Shown here piece after piece: positions 45,957 to 55,196 of a stretch of DNA of 64,000 nucleotides. The stretch is from Gemmatimonadota bacterium (GTDB lineage: Bacteria; Gemmatimonadota; Gemmatimonadetes; Gemmatimonadales; GWC2-71-9), in assembly GCA_036679645.1 (NCBI GenBank), contig JAZDCY010000060.1, positions 9,247-73,246 of the forward strand. The letters run 5' to 3'. A model generated the notes under the pieces. It ran no database searches. It was given only the letters and a program-made list of their open reading frames with translations, and was not told the origin of the DNA. The stretch's first letter is position 1. Every line of letters starts with the position of its first letter. Made by a program: the position numbers and the translations under genes.

Positions 45957-46400
45957 ATGAGCGGGACGAGCACACCGAGCGGGGCCACGCTGTTTTCGCC
46001 GCTGGCCCGGACTGTCATGGATCGGTTCCACGAGGCCGTCGTTCTTTTTGACGGCGACGGCAGGTTGAGCTACGCCAACCGGCCCGGTCGGGCGGCGCTC
46101 GACATCGTCGCGGGAGAGAACGGCCTGAATAGCAGGTCGTTGCTCCAGAAGTTGGGACGACTCGGGGCGCGCATCGAGCGACTCGAAGTTGGCGAGATGG
46201 TGCTGGGGCACGCGGTCTATCTCTCCAAGCCACACGCGAACACGCTGGCCGAGCAGGAACGCCACGCGATCGTCGAGACGTTGCACGCTACCGGATGGCG
46301 TCTTACCGAAACGGCCAGACGACTCGGTATCTCCCGCACCACCCTCTGGCGGCGTCTCAGACAATACGGAGTGCGGCCGCGGGAGGCGGGTACGGAGTAG
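45957..46400 (+). CDS. Small regulator: PAS-like N-terminus plus Fis-type HTH
   Basis: EAVVLFDGDGRLSYANR (PAS start); TLAEQERHAI..TL..TGW.LTETARRLGISRTTLWRRLRQYG (Fis HTH). Confidence 0.78.
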   Translation: MSGTSTPSGATLFSPLARTVMDRFHEAVVLFDGDGRLSYANRPGRAALDIVAGENGLNSRSLLQKLGRLGARIERLEVGEMVLGHAVYLSKPHANTLAEQERHAIVETLHATGWRLTETARRLGISRTTLWRRLRQYGVRPREAGTE

Positions 46401-46402
46401 CT

Positions 46403-48598
46403 ATGCGTAGGTGGGCGCTCGCCGTCCCCACCCTTCTGGTACTCGTGAGTGCCAGTCTCTCGGGCCAGTCGCCCGATACCACGACCTACGCCAACCGCGC
46501 AACGGCGGATCTAGTTGCCCTCGCGCGCCTCCGCCACCTGCGACAAGACTCACTGGTTCACGATTACCGCGCGGTGATAACCACGCGCATGGACGCTTCG
46601 GCGGGCCGCAGTCGATTTGCGCGGATGCTGCCACTCATCGCGCATGAGACGGCGGCCCGCGTTACCTGGCGCCGGCCTAACGATCTCAAGCTGGACGTGC
46701 TCGGTGTACGGGCGCGCTCGATCTTCCGAGGCGTGAATGCAGAGGTCGCGTACGACCGGCCTTGGTTCGTGCCGCGCGCGCTCGGTGATTCGATCACGCT
46801 GATGGGAGTGCCCGAAACGGCGGCCCTCCATCCGCTGGCGCCGGGTGCGGAAGACATCTACCACTATGCCGTCACCGACTCGGTCATCATCTCTCTGCCG
46901 GGCCGAACGATCCGCGCCATCAAGATCCGCGTCCAGCCCAAGACCTTGGGGCCCTCGATGGTGGCTGGCGACATGTGGGTCGACGCAGTGTCGGCTGATG
47001 TCGTGCGCTTGATGATCACTTTCCTTGGGGAGTATCTCTGGGACACTCCCAAAGAGGGGGCGACCGCCGAGGACTCGGCGGACGTGCGGAACGACAACAA
47101 GTGGGCGCAGCGGTTTGTGACGGTGCAGGCGGATCTTGAGTACTCACTGCTCGAGAATCGCTACTGGATGCCGTATCGCCAGCTGCTCGCCATCACGGTG
47201 GAGGTCAACTTCCTCATTCAGGGTGCGTTGCCGGTACGCGCCCTTACGACGTTCCGCGACTACGAGGTCAACGTCGATCCGGTGCTCGCGTTCACCGTGG
47301 CAGGCGATAGCCTCGAGGAGAAAACTCGGGAAGAGATCCACTGCGGGGACGCGCTCGATGATGGGCCAGTGTGTCCGGAGGACGTGGGTCGGGACGAGCG
47401 ACGCGAGTTGTTCGGGTACGCGCGGTCGGGGTTGTGGTCGGGTGGCCGGTGGGAGGTATCGATCCCGCCGCAGGAATCGCTCGCGACGTACGCATGGCGC
47501 GACTCGCTCGATTTCGAGATGGATGAAGATGTTGCCGAGCGCATTCGCCAGGCCATCGCCGATCTCGAGACGATGGTGGAAGATCTTCCCCCCGAATGGG
47601 TGGCACGGCAACGGTACGGCCTGGCGTGGGACAAACTCGCCGACATCGCTCGGTTCAACCGCGTGCAGGGGACGTCGTTCGGGTTGGGGTACGAGGTGCG
47701 ACCAGGTCCGCGGTTCACGGTCTTTCGTGGCTCAGCGCGGTTCGGCATCTCCGATCGTCGATTCACGGGTTCGCTGACGTGGCGTCGCGACGGGCCGGGC
47801 GGTGCCCTGGAGATCAGTGCGTACCGATCGATCCTCGAAGTCGAGCCGTGGACCACCGGGCAGAGCCTCGGCAACTCGCTCAACGCGGTGTTCGCGGGTC
47901 ACGATGACGCCGACTACTTCCTGGGTCATGGCGGCGAGCTTTCCTTCTACGCGTACACGGGCCGGCTGCACGATACGCGGTTCGCCGTCGCGTTTGAGCG
48001 TCACGATGCCATCCGCACACGCGCAGGATCCTCTATCAACAACGCGTTGGGTGGACCGGGTGTCTTTCAGCTAAACCCGTCCGTCATCGAGGGCGAGTTC
48101 GTGCGCGCATCTATCAGGCCTTCGTGGCGAATCGGTCGCGCACGCATTACGGCGGGCATCGAGGGGATGGCGGGCGATGGCCTGGCCGGCGGTCGCGGAT
48201 GGGCGGCGGCACGCGTGCCGTTTGCCATCATGGGGCGCACGGGCGCCCTTTCGCTCCGGGGTGGGCACACGGCGGGCGATTCCCTGCCGCAACTCCGGTT
48301 CAGAGTCGGTGGTCCCGCGACCGTGCGCGGTTACGATTACGGTGCGTTACGCGGTGAGGGGTTCTGGTCGGCGCAGTTGGATTTCGCGCTGACGCAAGAG
48401 TGGGCCCTGGCACCCGTTGCGTTCATCGATGTGGGCGACACGTTCGCCTTCGATGAGCGGTTTGATGCCAATGATGCCCTCGTCGGCGTCGGTGTCGGCG
48501 CGTCGCTCCTCAATGGGTGGCTCCGATTCAACCTCGCGAAACCGCTGAATTCCTCCGGTTCCGTGCGGTTCGATCTCTTGTTTGGAGCGCCCCGCTAG
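46403..48598 (+). CDS. Exported/outer-membrane protein with C-terminal Omp85-like barrel
   Basis: Signal peptide MRRWALAVP; RFNRVQG, VGGPATVRGYDYG, AFIDVG, GVGVG motifs. Confidence 0.65.
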   Translation: MRRWALAVPTLLVLVSASLSGQSPDTTTYANRATADLVALARLRHLRQDSLVHDYRAVITTRMDASAGRSRFARMLPLIAHETAARVTWRRPNDLKLDVLGVRARSIFRGVNAEVAYDRPWFVPRALGDSITLMGVPETAALHPLAPGAEDIYHYAVTDSVIISLPGRTIRAIKIRVQPKTLGPSMVAGDMWVDAVSADVVRLMITFLGEYLWDTPKEGATAEDSADVRNDNKWAQRFVTVQADLEYSLLENRYWMPYRQLLAITVEVNFLIQGALPVRALTTFRDYEVNVDPVLAFTVAGDSLEEKTREEIHCGDALDDGPVCPEDVGRDERRELFGYARSGLWSGGRWEVSIPPQESLATYAWRDSLDFEMDEDVAERIRQAIADLETMVEDLPPEWVARQRYGLAWDKLADIARFNRVQGTSFGLGYEVRPGPRFTVFRGSARFGISDRRFTGSLTWRRDGPGGALEISAYRSILEVEPWTTGQSLGNSLNAVFAGHDDADYFLGHGGELSFYAYTGRLHDTRFAVAFERHDAIRTRAGSSINNALGGPGVFQLNPSVIEGEFVRASIRPSWRIGRARITAGIEGMAGDGLAGGRGWAAARVPFAIMGRTGALSLRGGHTAGDSLPQLRFRVGGPATVRGYDYGALRGEGFWSAQLDFALTQEWALAPVAFIDVGDTFAFDERFDANDALVGVGVGASLLNGWLRFNLAKPLNSSGSVRFDLLFGAPR

Positions 48599-48631
48599 CG
48601 ATCCTCTATCTGCCCCTCTACGTTCCCGACC

Positions 48632-49096
48632 ATGGCCGAAGCACCGTTTACCATTGACGAATACGTCCGCTGGTCGGATGTGGACTACGCCGGGATCATC
48701 TTCTACGGTGCGTATGTCCGCTTCTTCGAGATCGCCGAGACCGAGCTGTTCCGACAAGCGGGTCTACCGTATGGCGAGGTGTTCGATCGTTTCGATATTT
48801 GGCTACCGCGTGTACACCTCGAGGCCGATTTCAAGTATCCGGCCCGGCTCGACGACGCCTTGCGGGTGGCGGCGTACATTCCACGGTTCGGGACTAGCTC
48901 CGTGAGGCTCAACTTCGACGTGCTGCACCTCGAGACCGGCAAGCTCGCGGCACTTGGCCACGAGGTTCTCGTCTGCACTGACCGCACGACGATAACAGCG
49001 CGTCCCCTCCCGGACGCACTGCGCGCTGCATTAGACGGTTTCTCCATGTCGCCCGAGGAGGCACGCGAGCGCATGGGCGTGAGTGGGGTAGTGTAG
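48632..49096 (+). CDS. Acyl-CoA thioesterase (4HBT/YbgC family)
   Basis: VRWSDVDYAGIIFYGAYVRFFE, FKYPARLDD hot-dog fold motifs. Confidence 0.88.
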   Translation: MAEAPFTIDEYVRWSDVDYAGIIFYGAYVRFFEIAETELFRQAGLPYGEVFDRFDIWLPRVHLEADFKYPARLDDALRVAAYIPRFGTSSVRLNFDVLHLETGKLAALGHEVLVCTDRTTITARPLPDALRAALDGFSMSPEEARERMGVSGVV

Positions 49097-49728
49097 TGAA
49101 GTGGGTGGGGACTGTCGCGATCGCGGCGCTTGCGGCCTGTGGGCCTGAGTCGCCACAGATTACCGAGTCGGACACGCTTGAGGTGGCGGACGCCTCGATC
49201 GACTGGCGCACGGCGGAACTGCCCGCGTATCCGGACTATCCGGACCACAGAGGAGGGCGTCTGTCCGCACGCGCGGTTGGGGTAACGGATTTCGACGACG
49301 CGTGGCGCGCCCACGCCGTGCGGTGCGCGGCTCCGGCGAGGCTTCTTCTGATCGCGGAGGACGAGGAGGGCGGTGTGTCTGTGCTGCTCGAGATTCCGGA
49401 TGCCGAAACCGTGGTCGGCGCGTATCCGGTGCACAGCGGAGATCCGCGCGATGTGCCGGAGCCCCCGGCTGCCGATGTCGGGTTTCAGTTCTTCGAGGAG
49501 TTCGGGGCGAGCGCGTACCAGGCATCGGCCGGGACGGTCCAGATCAATCGGTTCGACGGGCGCGTCAGCGGGCGTTTTCGGTTGGAGATCGAGCACATAC
49601 GGACTGCGGAGCGCGCGCGGGTCTCGGGCACGTTCGAGCGTGTCAGGGTGGACAGCGCCGCAGCCGTCCGCTGCGCCCGAGCGGGCGAGCATGCCGACTC
49701 AGTCGACGCGTTGGGAGGGGAATCGTAG
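49096..49728 (+). CDS. Hypothetical lipoprotein
   Basis: GTG start overlapping the upstream stop; lipobox LAAC. Confidence 0.7.
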   Translation: MKWVGTVAIAALAACGPESPQITESDTLEVADASIDWRTAELPAYPDYPDHRGGRLSARAVGVTDFDDAWRAHAVRCAAPARLLLIAEDEEGGVSVLLEIPDAETVVGAYPVHSGDPRDVPEPPAADVGFQFFEEFGASAYQASAGTVQINRFDGRVSGRFRLEIEHIRTAERARVSGTFERVRVDSAAAVRCARAGEHADSVDALGGES

Positions 49729-49763
49729 CATGTCGATCACTGCGTGGGACACGGGACACTGAG

Positions 49764-50948
49764 ATGACGTATTTCCGGAAAGGATTCGGACTCAAGCGCG
49801 AGATCGAAGGAGACCTCGCGGCGTATCACAGCGACCTCGTTTCGGCCATCCGCGAGCAGGACTACACGCTTGCGGTGGGCGATCTCACAATCCGACTCGC
49901 AGGAGAATTCGGATTCTGCTACGGCGTGGACCGCGCCGTAGAGTACGCGTACGAGACACGGCGCAAGTTCCCAGACCGGCGGCTCTTCCTCGTGGGTGAG
50001 ATCATCCACAACCCGCACGTGAACGATCGGCTCGCGGCGCTGGGCATCACGATCATTGGATACGACCCGAGCGGGGAGTTCGATTTCTCGGCCATTGGGG
50101 AGGATGACGTCGTGTTGATGCCGGCGTTCGGGCTGAGCGTTGGGAGCTTTAGGACGTTGCGCTCCATCGGGTGCGTCGTCGTCGATACGACCTGTGGCTC
50201 CGTGCTGAACGTGTGGAAACGCGTGACACGCTATGCGAAAGATGGGTTCACCTCGCTAGTGCATGGCAAACACTACCACGAAGAGACCAAGGCGACGGTC
50301 AGCCAGGCCACGCAGTTCGATGGGGGCAGGTACCTCATTGTGCTGAACATGGAAGAAGCGAAGATCGTGTGCCGGTTCATCGAACAGCGGGACAACGTCG
50401 AGGAGATGGAGGCGACGTTCCGGCACAAGGTGTCCGCGGGATTCGACGTCGAGCGCGATCTTGTCCGGATTGGCGTAGCCAATCAGACCACCATGCTCGC
50501 TAACGAATCATTGGCGATTGCCAAGCGCGTTGGTGAAGCACTCGAGCGCCGCTACGGGGCCGCCAAAATCGACGAACACTTCCGCAGCTTCGATACGATC
50601 TGTTCGGCCACACAGGAACGGCAAGATGCGGTACTGGATCTGATCGACGAGCCACTCGACGCAATGATCGTGATTGGGGGCTACAACTCCAGCAACACGA
50701 ACAATCTGGCCAGGATCTGTGCCAAGAGCGTCACGACCTATCACATCGCGGGCGCGCGCTGCATCGAGCCCGAGAGCGGGTGCATTCTGTTCAAACCCGT
50801 CGACTCAAAGGAAGAAACTGTTCTCGAGAACTGGCTCGAGGGCGTCGATCGGATCGGCGTGACCGCTGGCGCATCCACACCCAATAACAAGATTGGCGAA
50901 GCGATCGAGCGTATCCTCGAGACGAAGGGCCTGACGCTCCCCGCCTAG
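49764..50948 (+). CDS. ispH: 4-hydroxy-3-methylbut-2-enyl diphosphate reductase
   Basis: FGFCYGVDRA, IIHNP, DTTC, NQTT, DTICSATQERQ, SSNT, AGASTP; start MTYFRKG. Confidence 0.93.
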   Translation: MTYFRKGFGLKREIEGDLAAYHSDLVSAIREQDYTLAVGDLTIRLAGEFGFCYGVDRAVEYAYETRRKFPDRRLFLVGEIIHNPHVNDRLAALGITIIGYDPSGEFDFSAIGEDDVVLMPAFGLSVGSFRTLRSIGCVVVDTTCGSVLNVWKRVTRYAKDGFTSLVHGKHYHEETKATVSQATQFDGGRYLIVLNMEEAKIVCRFIEQRDNVEEMEATFRHKVSAGFDVERDLVRIGVANQTTMLANESLAIAKRVGEALERRYGAAKIDEHFRSFDTICSATQERQDAVLDLIDEPLDAMIVIGGYNSSNTNNLARICAKSVTTYHIAGARCIEPESGCILFKPVDSKEETVLENWLEGVDRIGVTAGASTPNNKIGEAIERILETKGLTLPA

Positions 50949-51094
50949 GGACCCCACATCTTCGGCCGGCTCTTCGTGATCTCCTTCATGATCTTCATGA
51001 CGGCGCGGCAGTCCTTGCGCCGCTCGTCATCGGCGATCGACTTGACGAAATCCGTCACGCTGCGCTCGGTCGGCTTTGTCTTGAGTTTGGCCAT
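50945..51094 (-). pseudogene. 5' fragment of a DUF1801-family gene
   Basis: AGGAGG RBS; MAKLKTKPT..SV..F...I.D..RRKDC...MKEIT...PKMWGP then TAG, where the family continues. Confidence 0.7.
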
Positions 51095-51136
51095 CGTCGT
51101 CCTCCTAGGGTAACTCCATCGCGGCATCGTGCTTGG

Positions 51137-51376
51137 TTGTACGTGAAACTGTATCGTGGACGGCCGAATGGCCAGCAGCGGGAGGTGCCGCTACTCGTGT
51201 TGTCGACAAGGGCGCCGTTCTCGGACTTGTACTCGGAGGATTACCAGGCGTTCGTGCGGAAGCTCGCGCCGCACGCCACGTTCCAGGTCTGGGAAGACAT
51301 CTCACACTTCGTCATGATGGAGGATTCGGAGCGGTTCGAGCGCCTGCTCGTGAACCTGCTGGCCTCGCTCCGGTGA
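51137..51376 (+). pseudogene. 3' fragment of an alpha/beta hydrolase
   Basis: VPLLVL...LAPHATFQVWEDISHFVMMEDSERF...L matches a hydrolase C-terminus with the catalytic His; no nucleophile elbow upstream. Confidence 0.55.
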
Positions 51377-51385
51377 AACCGGACG

Positions 51386-51667
51386 CTACGCTAGCTTGGG
51401 CGTTTCCTTCCAGTTCCACCATTTCAACAACTCCGGCTCGTGGGAACCGTTGCTCGCGTAGTACACCGCGCAGCGGAAGACATAGAGCACGCAGCGGTCC
51501 ATGTGGGCACCGCGAAGGTGGCACAGTCGATCGTAGAGTTCTTCGGGGTCCCTGCCGCGGAGGTCACTCACCCGGTGAATCCCAAGATCCCGCAGAACCT
51601 GCTCCATACTCGGCCCGATACCGGGGATCTCGCGTAGGTTGGAGACAGTCCTGGTTGTGGTTGTCAC
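51386..51667 (-). CDS. Helix-hairpin-helix (Cdd1/'pathogenicity locus') family protein
   Basis: LREIPGIGPSM...LGI....L...DPEELY...DRCVLYVFRCAVYYA...KWWNWK; GTG start at 51667. Confidence 0.82.
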   Translation of the reverse strand: MTTTTRTVSNLREIPGIGPSMEQVLRDLGIHRVSDLRGRDPEELYDRLCHLRGAHMDRCVLYVFRCAVYYASNGSHEPELLKWWNWKETPKLA

Positions 51668-51726
51668 CGCGGGAAGCCCCTTCCGTGTTGTGCCTCTTTC
51701 AGCATAGCACGGCGGGAGCGGAGTCG

Positions 51727-52848
51727 CTAGAAGACCGATCCCAACAGGAGATAGGCGAGACCCCCAAGGAGTGCAGCGCAGGGGAGCGTGATCACCCATG
51801 AGAGCAGGATACCGCGCATCACGCGCGCGTCGGCTTGCCCGGTGACGAGCCCTATGCCGAACAGGGAGCCGACCGACACGTGAGTCGTGGATACCGGGAG
51901 GCCGAGTCGGCTGGCCCCGATGACCAGGAGCCCGGTCGTTAGGTTCGCCGCCAGACCCTGCCCGTGGTTCAGGGTGGTGATCTTGCGTCCCATCGTCTGC
52001 GCCACATTCCGCGCGCTCAAGAATGCACCCACGGCCATGCTGGCGCCTACTATCAGCAGCGCGCCGGGCACGTGCGTGACACGATGAACGAGCAGGAGTG
52101 CCGCAATCTTGGGCGTGTCGTTCAGGCCGCGGGCGAAGCTCACGACCCCGGCGCTCGCGTAGTGAGCCGTATCGACGAGCTGTTGCCAGGACACGCCGAA
52201 GAACTGTCCGTGGTAACGCCTCTCGCAACGCGCGGTTTCGTCCACCGCGACGTGCAGCTCGCCCACCGTACCGGTTAGGGCGGCCATCCCGCCGGCGACC
52301 GCGGTTACGGGGGGTACGACCTGCCCCACGCACACACAGGTGTCACTCGCGATCCCGAGGTGTTGTCGCGCGTGGTGCAGCGTCAAGTAGAGCAGACCGC
52401 CGACGAGCACGGCCAGGAGTGGACTCAGGAGCAGCGGAAGCAAGAACGTAGATGAGAGAGCGTTCAGGCTCACCGCGGTGCCCGCTGCAGCGAGACCCGC
52501 GCCGACAATCGCACCGACCAACCCGTGCGTCGTGGAGATAGGAAAGCCAAGTCTCGTGGCGAGTGCCACGGTACCGCCGGCACCTACGGCAATCGCCAGC
52601 AGAAACGATCCTCCGCCCGCGATCTGATCGGGAACGAGGCCTTTGCCGGAGAAGGCTGCCAGCAGGGACTGCGCCAGAAAAAGTGATGCGACCGAGCCGA
52701 GGAATGTGGTGACGGTACCCCACGTCAGGGCAGTTCGATAATCGGCTGTGTCGCTGCCCAACAGCGACGCGACGCCCTTGAAGTTGTCGTTGGCGCCGTT
52801 TGCGTAGGCCAACAGGCAGGTTGCTGCGAACAGGAAGGAGCCCAGCAA
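51727..52848 (-). CDS. Inorganic phosphate transporter (PiT family)
   Basis: NGANDN, GFPISTTH, GLNDTPK, GLPVSTTH, SWVITLP motifs. Confidence 0.88.
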   Translation of the reverse strand: MLGSFLFAATCLLAYANGANDNFKGVASLLGSDTADYRTALTWGTVTTFLGSVASLFLAQSLLAAFSGKGLVPDQIAGGGSFLLAIAVGAGGTVALATRLGFPISTTHGLVGAIVGAGLAAAGTAVSLNALSSTFLLPLLLSPLLAVLVGGLLYLTLHHARQHLGIASDTCVCVGQVVPPVTAVAGGMAALTGTVGELHVAVDETARCERRYHGQFFGVSWQQLVDTAHYASAGVVSFARGLNDTPKIAALLLVHRVTHVPGALLIVGASMAVGAFLSARNVAQTMGRKITTLNHGQGLAANLTTGLLVIGASRLGLPVSTTHVSVGSLFGIGLVTGQADARVMRGILLSWVITLPCAALLGGLAYLLLGSVF

Positions 52849-52961
52849 TGTGGTGTCCCGGAAGAAGGCTATGGGTTGGGGTAGATCATTGTGGCAACGG
52901 GTGGACGGGATACCGGGTTCCCCGGGAAGGGTGGCGGGATGTGGACCGTGTCGCCAAACGG

Positions 52962-53774
52962 CTAGCTGGCAAGCTGCAACACCTCCCGAACTCGTGTACT
53001 CGCATCCTCGAGCAACCGCACCTTGTAGGCCTCGCTCGCCGGCTTATCGGGGTAGTGCAGGCTCGAGCCGGCGTCGAGCAACATGCGCACCAGTTCGACA
53101 TACTCGTCCTGCCGTTGTTCGGCGCCACCGGAATAACGCGAGCCATGGACGGCCCAGCCGAGCGGCGAACCTTCGTGTGTCGTATCGAAAGCGTCCAGAG
53201 GTGCCCCGGCATCGATCAGTAACCGGGTATTGGCTGGTTGACCGAACCATGCGGCCTGATGTAGCGGTGTTCCCGAGTCGAGTCCGGGAGCGGCCAGGTC
53301 GGCACCCGCCGCGATCAGAAAAGCGACCGGCTGGGCATCGTTGCGACCGGCGACGTCTGCAAGCAGCCTATCCTCTTCCGCGTTGCCTGTGCGCGCTACG
53401 TCATGATGCTCGGCGAGCATACTGCCCGCCTCTTTGAGACGCCCGTTGATGACGGCGATCGCAAATCGATCTGCGTCATTCAACTCGGCATTGGCACCTC
53501 GTCGGACAAACAACGTGACCAACTCGTCAAACCCTCGGCGGGCCGCGTGGGCGTACGCGGTCTTCCCGCCCGCCGCTTGCGCGTCGATCTCGGCACCGCG
53601 ATCGAGGAGAATCGCGACGGCTGTTTCTCTGCGCCGGCGTGTGGCAACGTGTAGCGGCGTTTCGGAATCGGGACTAGCGCATGCATTTGGATCGGCGCCG
53701 TCCTCGAGTAGCCGACGCAGGCCAGCGTCGCCATCCGGTCCGAAGTGGTGGTCAAGGAATTCGTGAAGAGTCAC
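52962..53774 (-). CDS. Ankyrin repeat protein
   Basis: TPLHVA, TAYAHAA, TPLHQAA, SPLGWA repeats with LL..GA. Confidence 0.88.
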   Translation of the reverse strand: MTLHEFLDHHFGPDGDAGLRRLLEDGADPNACASPDSETPLHVATRRRRETAVAILLDRGAEIDAQAAGGKTAYAHAARRGFDELVTLFVRRGANAELNDADRFAIAVINGRLKEAGSMLAEHHDVARTGNAEEDRLLADVAGRNDAQPVAFLIAAGADLAAPGLDSGTPLHQAAWFGQPANTRLLIDAGAPLDAFDTTHEGSPLGWAVHGSRYSGGAEQRQDEYVELVRMLLDAGSSLHYPDKPASEAYKVRLLEDASTRVREVLQLAS

Positions 53775-54232
53775 TCCTCGCCGCCCTTTGCATCGAGGTG
53801 CGCTGCCACGTAGTCACAGTCGTATGTCGTCACTTCCAGGCGGTGGGCCCAGGGATCACAGAAGTGGAACGAGTACGCGCCGCGGTGATCGCTCACGCTG
53901 GCTCGTGAGACGCGCTCGCCGCGGATGTCTTTCAGCTCGAGTGTCGCGAGCTGATCGGCGAAAGCAACGAAGCCCGGTCCGTCTATCCGAAAGGCAACCT
54001 GATCGTACCCGCCGCGCTTGCCACTCGACGCACTTCCCGTGAAGAGGGCCAGCTTCGTGTTGCCGGCGTCAGGGGAAATCATCAGGGGGCCGTTGGGGTC
54101 TGCGGCCCAGTGCTCGTGTTGCTCGAGGATTGTGAGACCAAGCACCCTCTCGTACCAGCGGGCCGCCTCGTAGCGCTCCGGCACGAAGAGTTCGACATGA
54201 TCGAGCTGCTGAACGCGAAAGCTTTCAAACAT
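53771..54232 (-). CDS. VOC (glyoxalase) family protein
   Basis: LDHVEL...WYERVLG, QVAF, FCDPWAHRLE motifs. Confidence 0.85.
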   Translation of the reverse strand: MFESFRVQQLDHVELFVPERYEAARWYERVLGLTILEQHEHWAADPNGPLMISPDAGNTKLALFTGSASSGKRGGYDQVAFRIDGPGFVAFADQLATLELKDIRGERVSRASVSDHRGAYSFHFCDPWAHRLEVTTYDCDYVAAHLDAKGGEE

Positions 54233-54507
54233 CAGCCCTCGATGATGTTGTGCACAGGCCGAATCTGGGGTTGCGGTGGCGCAATGCCGATCTTCTGAAA
54301 TGCGGGTATGAGGGACTGCGCAAAAGCGCTCAGGTTGTCCTCACTGTCCCATACGTCCACAACAAACCAGCCCGCTCCGTCCGGTGACGCGACGTGATAG
54401 AGGCGACCTTTCGGGGCACCAGCACCGCTGTTGTCGAGTTCCTTGACCACGGTGTCGTACTGCTCCGCGGTCATCTCCGGGGCGTTGAAGACTGCCGTGA
54501 TGGCCAT
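54232..54507 (-). CDS. Small dimeric alpha/beta-barrel-like protein
   Basis: MTAEQYD, G.LYHVA, VVDVWDSE pattern; coupled to the VOC gene. Confidence 0.7.
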   Translation of the reverse strand: MAITAVFNAPEMTAEQYDTVVKELDNSGAGAPKGRLYHVASPDGAGWFVVDVWDSEDNLSAFAQSLIPAFQKIGIAPPQPQIRPVHNIIEG

Positions 54508-54770
54508 GTGATTTCCCTTCCGCCCTTGGCGGCGCTATGGTGGAGTGAATCGGAATGCGCTGTTTCGTTTGCCAGCGATCACTTTCCTCGAGCACAGTAC
54601 GTGGACCATCGCCGTCAAGCCAGGCCCTGGCACCGAGTCACGGCCTCTGTTACGCGTTGCGTACCTCGTATCTCCAGCTACGTGATGAATCTGCACTCAT
54701 GATTGGGGAACCGACAACCTGTACCGTCCAAGGTCTGTCGAGAAACGGCGCGCTTGCGGCCCGATGTCCA

Positions 54771-55196
54771 GTGACCGATCATCCCGGGGTGCGCAGCGCG
54801 ATCCCGATCCTGCCTATGCTTCCCCTTGCCATGCTGGCGTGTGCCCATCCATCTGCCTCAGGGGCATCGGAGCAGGTTGCGCCCGTCGGCCCGGTGATCT
54901 CGAGACTGGTGCCGGACCACGGGCCCGCGGGCGAGGCGTACCCCATTCGGGTCGTGATCGAGGGGCGCGGTTTCGCCCCGGCCGCAAACACCATCCGTTT
55001 CGGGCCGGTGATGCTGTCTGACCTTCCTTCCGAGGGCGACGGCACGCGCATTCTGTTCTTTGTGCCCAAGGTAATGCCAGCACCAGGCGAGGCACCGCCA
55101 CGCCCGCTGCTGCCCGACGCCTACGAGGTAACCGTGATGACCCTCGATGGGACGAGCGCACCGGCGCGCTTCACGTTGCAGCCCGCCGGTCGATGA
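54771..55196 (+). CDS. Lipoprotein with IPT/TIG domain
   Basis: Lipobox MLAC; PVISRLVPDHGP, IEGRGF, IRFG, YEVTV...GTS; start uncertain. Confidence 0.68.
   Translation: MTDHPGVRSAIPILPMLPLAMLACAHPSASGASEQVAPVGPVISRLVPDHGPAGEAYPIRVVIEGRGFAPAANTIRFGPVMLSDLPSEGDGTRILFFVPKVMPAPGEAPPRPLLPDAYEVTVMTLDGTSAPARFTLQPAGR

Noticed and set aside
50900..50947. Amber (pyrrolysine) read-through of the DUF1801 fragment
   Set aside because: The sequence after TAG (AGSVRPF...) is simply antisense ispH and does not continue the family pattern.
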